Part shown: one piece after another, positions 27,658 through 37,869 of the stretch
How positions within the stretch are numbered: the first letter of the stretch is position 1
How the letters are laid out: every line of letters starts with the position of its first letter
From: a virus
Lineage: Duplodnaviria; Caudoviricetes
IMG/VR virus record: IMGVR_UViG_3300032303_002590
Length of the DNA stretch: 64,000 nt
Reading direction: 5' to 3' (one strand)
The notes under the pieces: generated by a model
Seen by the model: the letters and a program-made list of their open reading frames with translations, nothing else
What the model was told of the DNA's origin: nothing
Databases searched by the model: none
Program-made: the position numbers and the translations under genes

Positions 27658-29307
27658 ATGTCAAACATGATTAATTCATTATTAGAGACTGCTAACCCAT
27701 ACCAATCATTGCAGAAAGATACTGCTAGATTAGCTGGAAAATGGGCTAAATCAGGTCTTCTAGAAGGTATTTCTAATGAAACAGATAAGTCTAACATGGC
27801 TCTTATCTTAGAAAACCAAGCAAAACAATTAGTAGTAGAATCTTCTTCTACAGGAACAGGTGGTACTTTTACCGCTGGTACAGGTGAGCAATACGCTGCA
27901 GTAGCATTACCATTAGTACGTAAAGTATTTGGTCAAATCGCTGCTAAAGAATTTGTTTCTGTTCAACCAATGAGCTTACCAGCTGGATTAGTATTCTTCT
28001 TAGATTTCCAATATGGAACGAACAACCAACCATTTAGTGCTAACACTTCATTATATGGTTCTCAATCTGCTAACTTTGGTAACGAAGCTAAAGATGGTTT
28101 ATATGGTGCTGGTAGATTTGGATACTCAATCAATGAGTTTACAGGTGCTTTTACAGCAGGTACAGGTTCATTTGTAACTTCTTCTGCATTCTCTGATATT
28201 AACTACACTTCAGAATTATCAGCTTCATTCTTAGCAGGACAAATCCTTAAATTGACTGTAACTACTTCATCTTTATCTGGATTTGATACTAATGGTGTTA
28301 GATCATTTGTAGCAACTTCAGGATCAGCTTTAGCAGCTGCTAACTCTTTACCAGCGTTTACTAGACTTAATTCAAGTGCGGGTACAATTGATTTCTTCTT
28401 TACAGGGTCATCTGTAAGTTTACCAGTTACTACTACTACTAACGTAATTACTGTTTACTACAGTAAAGGTCCTAAAGATAACTCACGAGGTGATTTTGAA
28501 GATGCTTCAGGTGCTGGTTACCCTAACGCATTATCTCAAACTGCAATTTCTATCCCAGAGATTAACGTTCAAATGAGATCAGAAGCTATTGTTGCTAAAA
28601 CACGTAAGTTAAAAGCACAATGGACACCTGAGTTCTCTCAAGATTTAAATGCATTCCACTCACTTGATGCTGAAGCTGAATTAACTTCTATCTTATCAGA
28701 GTATATCTCATTAGAGATTGACTTAGAGATTTTAGATATGTTGATCCAAAACGTTCCAACAAACCAAGTTGAAGTATGGTCTGCAAGAGTAGGTAACTCA
28801 ATTACAGGTGGTACTGTTTCTAGTAACACATCAGGCGTTTACTACACTCAAATGTCTTGGTTCCAAACTTTAGGAATTAAATTGCAAAAAATCTCTAACA
28901 TCATCCACCAAAGAACCTTAAGAGGTGGTGCTAACTTCATTGTTATTTCTCCAACTGTAGCTACAATCTTGGAATCAATCCCAGGATTTGCTGCAGATAC
29001 AGATGGTGATTCAGCTAGAATGACTTATGCATTTGGTGTTCAGAAAATTGGTTCATTAAACTCTAGATATAAAGTTTACAAAAATCCTTATATGTTAGAG
29101 AATACTATCTTGTTAGGATTTAGAGGTAACCAATTCTTGGAATCAGGTGCAGTTTATGCTCCATACGTTCCGTTAATCATGACTCCATTAGTATACGATC
29201 CTAATACTTTCACACCAAGAAAAGGTATTATGACTCGTTACGCTAAGAAAATGGTACGTCCTGAATTCTATGGTAAAGTATTAGTTGCTGACTTAAACGT
29301 AGTTTAA
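27658..29307 (+). CDS. Major capsid protein (T4 gp23-like)
   Basis: VSVQPMSLPAGLVFFL, KTRKLKAQWTPE, YAPYVPL, FTPRKGIMTRY. Confidence 0.96.
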   Translation: MSNMINSLLETANPYQSLQKDTARLAGKWAKSGLLEGISNETDKSNMALILENQAKQLVVESSSTGTGGTFTAGTGEQYAAVALPLVRKVFGQIAAKEFVSVQPMSLPAGLVFFLDFQYGTNNQPFSANTSLYGSQSANFGNEAKDGLYGAGRFGYSINEFTGAFTAGTGSFVTSSAFSDINYTSELSASFLAGQILKLTVTTSSLSGFDTNGVRSFVATSGSALAAANSLPAFTRLNSSAGTIDFFFTGSSVSLPVTTTTNVITVYYSKGPKDNSRGDFEDASGAGYPNALSQTAISIPEINVQMRSEAIVAKTRKLKAQWTPEFSQDLNAFHSLDAEAELTSILSEYISLEIDLEILDMLIQNVPTNQVEVWSARVGNSITGGTVSSNTSGVYYTQMSWFQTLGIKLQKISNIIHQRTLRGGANFIVISPTVATILESIPGFAADTDGDSARMTYAFGVQKIGSLNSRYKVYKNPYMLENTILLGFRGNQFLESGAVYAPYVPLIMTPLVYDPNTFTPRKGIMTRYAKKMVRPEFYGKVLVADLNVV

Positions 29308-29333
29308 TCAACATTTAATTCTTTGATATTAAG

Positions 29334-29361
29334 AGACCTAGCGCAAGCTAGGTCTTTTTTT
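29334..29361 (+). terminator. Rho-independent terminator (GCAA tetraloop)
   Basis: AGACCTAGC-GCAA-GCTAGGTCT-TTTTTT. Confidence 0.9.
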
Positions 29362-29365
29362 ATCA

Positions 29366-29373
29366 TATTTATA
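29366..29373 (+). promoter_or_regulatory. Late-promoter-like TATTTATA
   Basis: Recurrent motif. Confidence 0.6.
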
Positions 29374-29393
29374 CTAAACTAAACGTTACTAAC

Positions 29394-30080
29394 ATGGCTT
29401 CAAACCACCACACTGATGAGGTTTTCACACCAAAAAGAAAACCCAAAAATCCAATTAAGTTCCAACTCCAACTTAATGAAGAACAAAAATTAGCAAAAGC
29501 ACTTATCGTAGAAAATCCAGTTGTCGTTTTAAAAGGAATGGCAGGATCCGGAAAGACTTTAGTAGCAGTGCAAGCAGCATTAGATATGCTATTTTGTAAA
29601 GAAGTAGAAAAGATTATTATAACAAGACCTACTGTAGCTAAAGAAGAATTAGGATTTCTACCAGGCGATTTAAAAGAAAAGATGGATCCTTGGTTGGCAC
29701 CAATTTATCATAATCTTTATATGCTTTATGGTAAAGAAAAGGTAGATAAAGAATTAGAATATGGTAATATAGAAATTGTACCATTTGCATTTATGAGAGG
29801 TAGAACATTTGTTAATGCCTTTGTAATAGTAGATGAAGCACAAAACGTAACACACGATCAAATGGAAACTGTTTTAGGAAGACTAGGTAAAGGTTCTAAA
29901 ATGGTGATATGTGGAGATTTAGCTCAAATTGATTTAAAGGTAAAAAAAGAAACAGGGTTTTCATTTTTAACTAGAGTTGAAGAGCAAGTAAACGGATTTA
30001 GAGTATTTGCTCTAAAGGCTAACCATAGGCATCAAATAGTAGAACCTATACTAAAAGTATACCAAGACTTTAGAGATTAA
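29394..30080 (+). CDS. phoH: PhoH-like ATPase
   Basis: GMAGSGKT, LGFLPGD, FMRGRTF, IVDEAQN, GDLAQID. Confidence 0.92.
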   Translation: MASNHHTDEVFTPKRKPKNPIKFQLQLNEEQKLAKALIVENPVVVLKGMAGSGKTLVAVQAALDMLFCKEVEKIIITRPTVAKEELGFLPGDLKEKMDPWLAPIYHNLYMLYGKEKVDKELEYGNIEIVPFAFMRGRTFVNAFVIVDEAQNVTHDQMETVLGRLGKGSKMVICGDLAQIDLKVKKETGFSFLTRVEEQVNGFRVFALKANHRHQIVEPILKVYQDFRD

Positions 30081-30082
30081 AA

Positions 30083-30090
30083 TATTTATA
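30083..30090 (+). promoter_or_regulatory. Late-promoter-like TATTTATA
   Basis: Recurrent motif. Confidence 0.6.
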
Positions 30091-30104
30091 TCAAATAATA
30101 CACT

Positions 30105-31271
30105 ATGGCAAATTCACAAGTCTGGGCAGGAACTGCAACTTTTATACCAGGAACATCAACTCCTTTTGGTTTTTATGATAACGATTATCAATTCCAACTC
30201 GATGCTGTAAAAGTAGCAAAATTCTGTGCACAAAGATTAGGATACCCTTCAATGGATGTTGAAATGGGTGATGTTGAATTCTTTACTTGTTTTGAAGAAG
30301 CCGTAACAACTTATGGTAATGAACTTTACCTATATCAAATTAGAAATAACTTCTTATCTTTAGAAGCTAATTCAAATCAAATTTCTCTTAATGATAAAGT
30401 TATAAAACCTTCATTAGGTAATTTAATTAGAATGGCTGCTGATTATGGTAGTGAAGCTGGAGTAGGTGGTCATACTGCTTATTATACTGGTTCATTAGAT
30501 ATGACACCAGGTCTTCAGGATTATGATTTAACTGCTTGGGCTTCTTCTTCAGGAGTTGTATCACCAGATGATTCAATTGAGATAAAAGCAGTTTATTATG
30601 AAAATGCTCCTGCTATTGTTCGTTATTTTGACCCTTATGCTGGTACAGGATATGGTTCACAGCAATTATTAGATGCATTTGGATTTGGTAATCAATCTCC
30701 TGCTATTAACTTTATGTTAATGCCATTAAATTATGATATTGCTACTATACAAGCAATTGAATTAAATGATCAAATTAGAAGATCAGCTTTTTCATTTAAT
30801 ATAGTAAACAACAAATTAAAAATATTCCCAGTTCCAACTGTAGCTAAAAGATTATTTTTTGAATATATAAAAACATCAGAAAGAGATAGTGTAATAGCTA
30901 CTACAGGACCAGGATCAGGAGATAATTTAATTACAGATATTTCAAATGTACCTTATAATAATCCTACCTATATGAATGTAAATGCTCCTGGTAGATATTG
31001 GATATTTGAATATACATTAGCATTAGCAACTGAAACTCTAGCATTTATTAGAGGTAAATATACTCAAGTGCCTATACCTGGTGCAGAAGTAACGTTAAAT
31101 CAGGCAGATTTATTATCTAAATCTAGAGAATTACAAGCCGCGTTAATTGAAAAATTACGTACTGATTTAGACGAGGCTTCACGTAGAAGTCAATTACAAA
31201 GAAAAGCAGACGAAAACGATGCAATGGCTAGAACCATGCAACAGGTTCCAATGAACATTTTTATAGGATAA
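30105..31271 (+). CDS. Neck/head-tail adaptor (T4 gp13-like)
   Basis: RLGYPSMDVEM, WIFEYTLAL...RGKY...VTLN; gene order. Confidence 0.7.
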   Translation: MANSQVWAGTATFIPGTSTPFGFYDNDYQFQLDAVKVAKFCAQRLGYPSMDVEMGDVEFFTCFEEAVTTYGNELYLYQIRNNFLSLEANSNQISLNDKVIKPSLGNLIRMAADYGSEAGVGGHTAYYTGSLDMTPGLQDYDLTAWASSSGVVSPDDSIEIKAVYYENAPAIVRYFDPYAGTGYGSQQLLDAFGFGNQSPAINFMLMPLNYDIATIQAIELNDQIRRSAFSFNIVNNKLKIFPVPTVAKRLFFEYIKTSERDSVIATTGPGSGDNLITDISNVPYNNPTYMNVNAPGRYWIFEYTLALATETLAFIRGKYTQVPIPGAEVTLNQADLLSKSRELQAALIEKLRTDLDEASRRSQLQRKADENDAMARTMQQVPMNIFIG

Positions 31272-31272
31272 T

Positions 31273-31797
31273 ATGGCGTATTTTGGACGAAGTAGGGATA
31301 TAGATATGTTTTCAAACATCAACAATGAATTGTTAGGTCAAGTAATCGAACAAAAAGTTGGTTTTTACCAAGTTATTTTAAGTGAAACTGATCATAACAT
31401 TTATGGTGAAAGTTTACATAAAAAATATATTGGACCCGTATTATTAACTTGTTTATTAGAAAGAGGTGATACAGAACCTGTAACAGATGATTTTGGAATG
31501 GATTTTACAAGAAAATTAGTTGTAAGATTTTTTAGACCTCACTTAGTAGCAGCAAATGTTGAACCTTCAGTAGGTGATATTATTTTATGGAATGAAGATT
31601 ATTACGAAGTTAATAATGTAAATGAAAACCAATTAGTAGTTGGTAAAGATCCAGATTACGCTTATACAACTGATGATTACGTTCCTGATACAGGTACTAG
31701 TTTATCTGTTATATTAGAATGTTTCTATACTCATCCAGAAAAAGTTAATATTAGAGAAAATAGATTTCCAGGTGATCCTGGTTCAATGGTAGTATAA
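31273..31797 (+). CDS. Head closure/neck protein (gp14-like)
   Basis: NIYGES, PSVGDII, YYEV; gene order. Confidence 0.6.
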   Translation: MAYFGRSRDIDMFSNINNELLGQVIEQKVGFYQVILSETDHNIYGESLHKKYIGPVLLTCLLERGDTEPVTDDFGMDFTRKLVVRFFRPHLVAANVEPSVGDIILWNEDYYEVNNVNENQLVVGKDPDYAYTTDDYVPDTGTSLSVILECFYTHPEKVNIRENRFPGDPGSMVV

Positions 31798-31803
31798 TAA
31801 ATT

Positions 31804-32679
31804 ATGGAAATTAAACCACGTCCTTTAAATACTAGAGAGTTTTTAACTACTCTTTCAGAGCCCTACCAAGAGCCTGAAAGAGATATACAACCTTATTCTA
31901 ACCCTAACTCTAAGGCTTCATTAGATGCCCAACCTGGTCAACCTGAATTTAATAGAGCTTTACAAATCTCTTTAAAAGACGATAATCAATCTACTATTAA
32001 TTTAGGGTTACAAGAGCATGATGATGCTGTGTTATATTACTTAGAAAATGTAATTAGACCTACGGTAACTCACAACGAAAGACAAATAGCAGTTCCAATT
32101 ATATATGGTTCGCCTGAAAGATGGAAATCGATTCAATACGACGGGTTTTATCGTGATAAAAACGGTAAAACAATGGCTCCACTAATAATGTTTAAAAGAG
32201 AATCATTTGAAAAAAACCGTTCATTAGGTAATAAATTAGATGGTAATGTAGTTCATAACGTTCAATATTTTGAGAAAAATTACTCACAAAGAAATGTATA
32301 TGATAATTTTGGAGTTTTAAATAACCAAAAACCTCAAAAAGAATACATGTTAGGAGTTATACCTGACTACATTAATATCACTTATAAACTAGCTATTTTT
32401 ACTGACTATGTTGAACAAATGAATCAGTTAATAGAAGGATTAGAATTTTCTTCAGATTCATACTGGGGTGATCCTGAAAAATATGTATTTAGAGCTATTA
32501 TAACTTCATTCCCTACTCCAGTAGTATTGGAAAATGGCGCTGATAGAGTGAGTAAAAGTGAATTATCTATAATGCTACAAGGTTATATTATACCTCACAA
32601 CATAAATGTTGCGATGGCTGGACCAAACCCAAAATCATATAACGTAACTAAAACAACATTTACAGAAAAAATACAATAA
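31804..32679 (+). CDS. Tail terminator/sheath stabiliser (gp15-like)
   Basis: VPIIYGSPERW, PDYINITY, QMNQLIE. Confidence 0.6.
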   Translation: MEIKPRPLNTREFLTTLSEPYQEPERDIQPYSNPNSKASLDAQPGQPEFNRALQISLKDDNQSTINLGLQEHDDAVLYYLENVIRPTVTHNERQIAVPIIYGSPERWKSIQYDGFYRDKNGKTMAPLIMFKRESFEKNRSLGNKLDGNVVHNVQYFEKNYSQRNVYDNFGVLNNQKPQKEYMLGVIPDYINITYKLAIFTDYVEQMNQLIEGLEFSSDSYWGDPEKYVFRAIITSFPTPVVLENGADRVSKSELSIMLQGYIIPHNINVAMAGPNPKSYNVTKTTFTEKIQ

Positions 32680-32680
32680 T

Positions 32681-33064
32681 ATGTCAGCAGGAATATATAA
32701 CATAACAATAGAACAAGGTGCTACAGTAGATTTTAAAATCCAATACAAAGATGTAAGTGGTAGCGCTATAAACTTAACAGGATATGAAGCAGCTATGCAA
32801 ATTAGAAGTAATTATGCTGATAATAATCCTACTACATATTTAACCTTATCAAGTTCATTAAAAACAGATGGTACAGGATTAAATATGAATAGTGCAAGTT
32901 CAGGATATATTGGAATTTTTATTTCAGCTTGTTCTTCTTCAGCATTAAATTTTCCTAATGCTAGATATGATTTAGAAATCTACTCAGGAAGTGCTAGTTG
33001 CCCTATAACAACACGTTTATTGGAAGGACAAGTTTTATTAAGTAGAGAAACAACCAGAAAATAA
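32681..33064 (+). CDS. Virion structural protein (fibre-attachment type)
   Basis: YNITIEQGAT, INLTGY.A.MQIR, RYDLEI, RLLEG. Confidence 0.6.
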   Translation: MSAGIYNITIEQGATVDFKIQYKDVSGSAINLTGYEAAMQIRSNYADNNPTTYLTLSSSLKTDGTGLNMNSASSGYIGIFISACSSSALNFPNARYDLEIYSGSASCPITTRLLEGQVLLSRETTRK

Positions 33065-35460
33065 TGTCTCAAGTAAATATAACATTAAATACTAACCAAG
33101 TAAATGTAAATACAACTAATAACCAAATAGTTGTAACTAATCCTGATAACCCTACTACGGTTAATGTGGTACAACCTACTACTAAAATAGTAGAAGTAAT
33201 TACTGCTGGACCACAAGGACCACAAGGGATACCAGGACCAATAAATTCTGGAAGTACATTAACAGGAGGAACAGACGGATACATACCTTTATGGAGTGGA
33301 AGTACTGCTCTAACAAGTAGTATAGCCAAACAAGTATTAGGTACTTTACAGATATCTGGATCAGTTACCGTAACAGGTTCAATAACTGGCTCGTTATTTG
33401 GAACAGCCTCATATACAACTCAAGCATTATCTGCTTCTTTCGCAGTATCATCTTCAACATCAGTATCGAGTTCATTTGCAATAAGTGCCTCACAGGCAAC
33501 ATCAGCATCCTGGGCACCATCAATTGCTGGAGGAAGTAACACCCAAATTCAATTTAATAGTGGAAGTAGACTTTTAGGTACAGGATCATTTACTTTTAAT
33601 TATCAAAGTCAAAGTTTACAACAAGGACAGGATGGATCAGCTTTAGGTCGGTTTTCTCATGCAGAAGGATTTCAAGCACAAGCATTAGGAAATTACTCAC
33701 ATGCTGAAGGACATCAAACAACATCAACCGGATCTTATTCACATGCTGAGGGATATTTATCAACAGCAATAGGAAATTTTTCACATGCCGAAGGAACATA
33801 TACAGTAGCGTCTGGTATAGCAAGTCATGCAGAAGGAAGCAATACAATAGCATTTGGAGGAGGATCACATGCAGAAGGTCAAGAAACAATAGCATCAGGA
33901 TCTTACTCACACGCTGAAGGGTATTCAACAATAGCTCAAGGAGACCGATCACATGCTGAAGGATATACTACACTAGCATCAGGATACTATTCACATGCAG
34001 AAGGAAACAATACAATAGCAGCAGGATACGTTTCACATGCAGAAGGACTTAGTACATTAACAGGTTATAAACTTTTTGTTGATGATTATACTGATAATGA
34101 AGGAAATATTACAATATCAGGAAATTCTACACCTTACTTTCAAGGGTCTACTAAGGTAATAGTACTTGCAGATGATTTTATTTATTATGGTACTTTTAAT
34201 ATGACTCATGTTATATATAATGCTGGTAATAATACCACCGCTATTCAAATCGATGGTTGGAATAGTAGTTATGTAGGATTTATGATATCTACAACATTTG
34301 GAGGAGATTATTCACATGCAGAAGGAGCAAATACAACAGCACAAGGAAATTATTCACATGCAGAAGGAGCAGGTACAGCAGCATCAGGATATGCTTCACA
34401 TGCCGAAGGTAATGCTACAGTAGCATCAGGATCTTACTCACACGCAGAAGGACTAAGTACAACAGCACAAGGAAATTATTCACACGCTGAAGGAAATCAA
34501 ACACAAGCATTAGGAATATTCTCTCATGCTGAAGGAGAAAATACAATAGCAATAGCAGACTACCAACACGTACAAGGTCAATACAATACAACATCCTCAG
34601 TAGTAGGAGCATTCATTCACGGAAATGGAACATCAGATGCTAATAGATCAAATTTAATATACGCACACGATTCTACAGTAGAAATAACAGGTTCATTAAA
34701 GGTATCAGGATCAATAACAGGTTCATTATTTGGAACTGCTTCATGGGCTATATCATCTTCATGGGCACCATTCCAAGTATCTGCATCTTATGCTCTAACA
34801 AGTTCCTATGCAAATATCGCTACAAGTGCTTCTTTTGCAGTATCTGCTTCAATAGCAGTAACAGCTTCATATATACTAAATGCAGTATCAAGTTCATTTG
34901 CAACAACAGCTTCTTTTGCATCAACAGCATCTATAGCACTTCAAGTATCAACTAGTATATCCACACAGAACTTACAACATAACGTACTATTTGTAGATAC
35001 AACAGGACCAGGTTACATCCAGGTAGATGGAGGTTTAAGGTATAATCCAAATCAAGACCTATTAACAACCACCTCATCCTATGCTCTTGTAGCAAATACT
35101 GCTTCATACGTTTTACAAGCAGTAAGTTCATCTTATGCATTAACTGCTTCATTCGCTCCTAACTACCAATTAACAAGTGATACTGGTTCTATGTTAGCAC
35201 CTTATGTTTTAACATCTGCTACTAGCTCAATGTTAACTCCTTACGTTTTAACTAGTGCTACTAGTTCAATGTCTGTAGCAACAGCTTCATACGTTCAAAA
35301 TGCACAAAGTGCTTCATATATTCTAAATGCAGTAAGTGCTTCTTTTGCAGTATCTGCTTCAAGAGCAGTAACAGCTTCTTATGCATTAAATGCAGGCGCA
35401 GGGGGAACTAGCATTGGATTAGTACAAGCAATGACAATAGGATTACAAAATATTTTTTAA
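33064..35460 (+). CDS. Tail fibre with YadA-head-like SHAEG repeats and ASYA/ASFA repeats
   Basis: 14-aa (G/S)xxSHAEG repeats; short collagen-like GPQGPQG. Confidence 0.75.
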   Translation: MSQVNITLNTNQVNVNTTNNQIVVTNPDNPTTVNVVQPTTKIVEVITAGPQGPQGIPGPINSGSTLTGGTDGYIPLWSGSTALTSSIAKQVLGTLQISGSVTVTGSITGSLFGTASYTTQALSASFAVSSSTSVSSSFAISASQATSASWAPSIAGGSNTQIQFNSGSRLLGTGSFTFNYQSQSLQQGQDGSALGRFSHAEGFQAQALGNYSHAEGHQTTSTGSYSHAEGYLSTAIGNFSHAEGTYTVASGIASHAEGSNTIAFGGGSHAEGQETIASGSYSHAEGYSTIAQGDRSHAEGYTTLASGYYSHAEGNNTIAAGYVSHAEGLSTLTGYKLFVDDYTDNEGNITISGNSTPYFQGSTKVIVLADDFIYYGTFNMTHVIYNAGNNTTAIQIDGWNSSYVGFMISTTFGGDYSHAEGANTTAQGNYSHAEGAGTAASGYASHAEGNATVASGSYSHAEGLSTTAQGNYSHAEGNQTQALGIFSHAEGENTIAIADYQHVQGQYNTTSSVVGAFIHGNGTSDANRSNLIYAHDSTVEITGSLKVSGSITGSLFGTASWAISSSWAPFQVSASYALTSSYANIATSASFAVSASIAVTASYILNAVSSSFATTASFASTASIALQVSTSISTQNLQHNVLFVDTTGPGYIQVDGGLRYNPNQDLLTTTSSYALVANTASYVLQAVSSSYALTASFAPNYQLTSDTGSMLAPYVLTSATSSMLTPYVLTSATSSMSVATASYVQNAQSASYILNAVSASFAVSASRAVTASYALNAGAGGTSIGLVQAMTIGLQNIF

Positions 35461-35479
35461 TAAATTAAAATAAAAAACA

Positions 35480-35908
35480 ATGGCAGCAAACACAGCACCA
35501 ATATTCTCAGGAACAGGAGATATTCAATGGGCATCAACTCCTTTAGTAGCAGCAAATACCAACTTTGATGGTACTGGAGCAAACTCAGTAATAGTAGCAA
35601 CAGCAGGAGCATCAGGAAGTTTTATTCAAAGAATAAGATTTAGAGCATCAGGTTCTGCAACAGCAACAGTAGCTAGAATTTTTTTAAATAATGGGCAATC
35701 AACAGGATCAGCAGCAAATAACATTTTATTTGATGAAATTACTTTAGCAGCAACTACAGTATCTAATACTGCAGCACAGGCTGTATATGAACTTCCTTGT
35801 AACTTTGCACTACCTGCAACTTATAAAATTTTAGCAACTATAGGTACAGCACAAACAACAGGAGGTTGGTATGTATCATCAGTAGGAGGATCTTATGCAT
35901 CAATTTAA
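35480..35908 (+). CDS. Tail-fibre-associated structural protein
   Basis: MAANTAPIF, VARIFLNN; within the fibre cluster. Confidence 0.55.
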   Translation: MAANTAPIFSGTGDIQWASTPLVAANTNFDGTGANSVIVATAGASGSFIQRIRFRASGSATATVARIFLNNGQSTGSAANNILFDEITLAATTVSNTAAQAVYELPCNFALPATYKILATIGTAQTTGGWYVSSVGGSYASI

Positions 35909-35919
35909 TATTTAGTAAT

Positions 35920-36099
35920 ATGAGATACATTTTAGTACAAGAATCAGAAAATCCAGACAATACATGGTTTTACATTATGGATGATAATTTATCAAATGTA
36001 ATTAAAATAGTAGATCACAATTGTAATGAGGTACCGGAGTTACCACCTCATCAAGTAATAGATGCCAATCCAACTTTACCAATTTGTGCAACTGAATAA
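35920..36099 (+). CDS. Small hypothetical protein (MRYILVQE...; start revised to ATG 35920)
   Basis: In-frame ATG after the upstream stop. Confidence 0.55.
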   Translation: MRYILVQESENPDNTWFYIMDDNLSNVIKIVDHNCNEVPELPPHQVIDANPTLPICATE

Positions 36100-36105
36100 A
36101 CTTAT

Positions 36106-36993
36106 ATGTTAGATTTCTCTCACATACCTTCTCAACAACAGAATACTACTATATTTTATGCAAATAGTGGAAGCTGGCAAACCTTTGTAAAACCACGTAA
36201 TGCTAAATTTATAGAGATATTCTGTTTAGGTGGTGGAGGTGGTGGTGCTAGAACCGCAAATGCCGCCGGTAATAGTGGTGGTGGAGGTGGTGGTGGTTCC
36301 GCAGGAATTGTTAGAGGAATTATTCCTGCGTTTTTACTACCTGACACACTTTACATATTAGTGGGTAAAGGTGGTGCTGGTGGAGCGGCAACCGGAACCG
36401 CAGGAACTGCGGGAGGTATTAGTTATGTATCATTAAGTGCCACAACATCGGAACAAACACTTATTTGTAAATCATCAACCGCAACCGCTAATGGAGGTTC
36501 CGCCTCAACTGCAGGTGCTGCGGCAACAATATCCGTAGTATCATTATCAGCCTTTGGTAATTTAGGTCTATTCACGGCAATTGCTGGAGTAATTGGTGGT
36601 GCAGGCGGAGCTCTTACACCAACTCCGGGAGGAAATCAAACCGCTTTAGGGACTAATTTAGTCACAGGTGGTGCAGGTGGAGGTGGAAAAAACACCGGAG
36701 CATACGCGAGTGGAGGAAATATAGCTCCTGCTTCAGTAATATTAACATCACCAGTTTCAGGTGGTTTAGGCAGTAACCCAGGTATTAATACGAATGGTGC
36801 TAGCGGTTACGGTTCACTAACCCCATTTTGTGGTACAGGAGGTGCTGGTGGTGCCGGTTCACCTACATCAACAGGGGGTAATGGCGGAAATGGCTATTAT
36901 GGTTGTGGTGGTGCCGGAGGAGGTGGAGGAAATCCAAGTGGTAATGGCGGTGACGGAGGAGACGGTTTAGTAATAATTACAGTTATAACATAA
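36106..36993 (+). CDS. Glycine-rich tail adhesin-like protein, paralog 1
   Basis: MLDFSH...WQTFVKPR...CLGGGGGG...GGDGLVIIT. Confidence 0.65.
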   Translation: MLDFSHIPSQQQNTTIFYANSGSWQTFVKPRNAKFIEIFCLGGGGGGARTANAAGNSGGGGGGGSAGIVRGIIPAFLLPDTLYILVGKGGAGGAATGTAGTAGGISYVSLSATTSEQTLICKSSTATANGGSASTAGAAATISVVSLSAFGNLGLFTAIAGVIGGAGGALTPTPGGNQTALGTNLVTGGAGGGGKNTGAYASGGNIAPASVILTSPVSGGLGSNPGINTNGASGYGSLTPFCGTGGAGGAGSPTSTGGNGGNGYYGCGGAGGGGGNPSGNGGDGGDGLVIITVIT

Positions 36994-37868
36994 TGTTAGA
37001 TTTATCATATTTTCAAAATCAAAATTCAAATGTACAAGGTTTCTTCAATGGAGGAACTTGGCAAACTTGGATAAAACCAAGAGGTGCTAAACTTGTCAAT
37101 ATTATTTGTCAGGGTTCAGGTGCTGGAGGAGGAGGAGGTCTACAATCTGCTTCTACACCAAGAGGTGGTGGTGGTGGTGGTGGAACAGGTGCTACTGCAA
37201 GATTAACTATAGATGCAAATCTTCTTCCTAACATACTTTACATACTACCCGGTATAGGAGGAGCAGGAGGATTAGGAGGAACAACAGCAACAGCAGGTTC
37301 TCCAGGACAAAATAGTTTTGTATGTTTAATCCCAGATACAGGTTCAGTATCAAATGTTATTTTACGTTCAGGAATAACACCAGCAACTGCAGGGTTTGCA
37401 GGTACAACATCAGGTGGTGGTGGAGGTGCGGCAGAAACAATATCATTAATAGCAAACAATATTTTTGCTAATCTAGGAACATTTACTTTTCAAGCTGGAC
37501 AACCTTCAGTAGCTGGTGTAACAGTTAATTCAACAGCTAATACTCCAGTAAATTTTATTACAGCTGCAGGAGGTGGAGGTGGTTCAGGAACAGGTTCTGG
37601 ATTTAATGCTACAGGAGTTTTTCCTTCAATAGCAAACACTTCTGTAAATATAAATGGACAAAATGGAATCATTTTATATAAACCCATACTAATATTATAT
37701 GGTGGAGCAGGTGGTGGCGGCTCAACTGCAGGTAATGGAGGTAATGGAGGTAATGGAGCACCCGGATGTGGTGGAGGTGGTGGTGGAGCTTCTACTAACA
37801 CAGGAGTAAATGCAGGTAATGGTGGAAATGGAGGAAATGGTTTTATAATAATAATAACAAGTATATAA
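36993..37868 (+). CDS. Glycine-rich tail adhesin-like protein, paralog 2
   Basis: MLDLSY...WQTWIKPR...GGNGFIIIT. Confidence 0.65.
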   Translation: MLDLSYFQNQNSNVQGFFNGGTWQTWIKPRGAKLVNIICQGSGAGGGGGLQSASTPRGGGGGGGTGATARLTIDANLLPNILYILPGIGGAGGLGGTTATAGSPGQNSFVCLIPDTGSVSNVILRSGITPATAGFAGTTSGGGGGAAETISLIANNIFANLGTFTFQAGQPSVAGVTVNSTANTPVNFITAAGGGGGSGTGSGFNATGVFPSIANTSVNINGQNGIILYKPILILYGGAGGGGSTAGNGGNGGNGAPGCGGGGGGASTNTGVNAGNGGNGGNGFIIIITSI

Positions 37869-37869
37869 T

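Noticed and set aside
33640-34560. Regular 42-bp-period repeats that could suggest a CRISPR array
   Set aside because: They are in-frame, degenerate coding repeats (SHAEG) with synonymous variation. There is no repeat-spacer structure and no cas operon.
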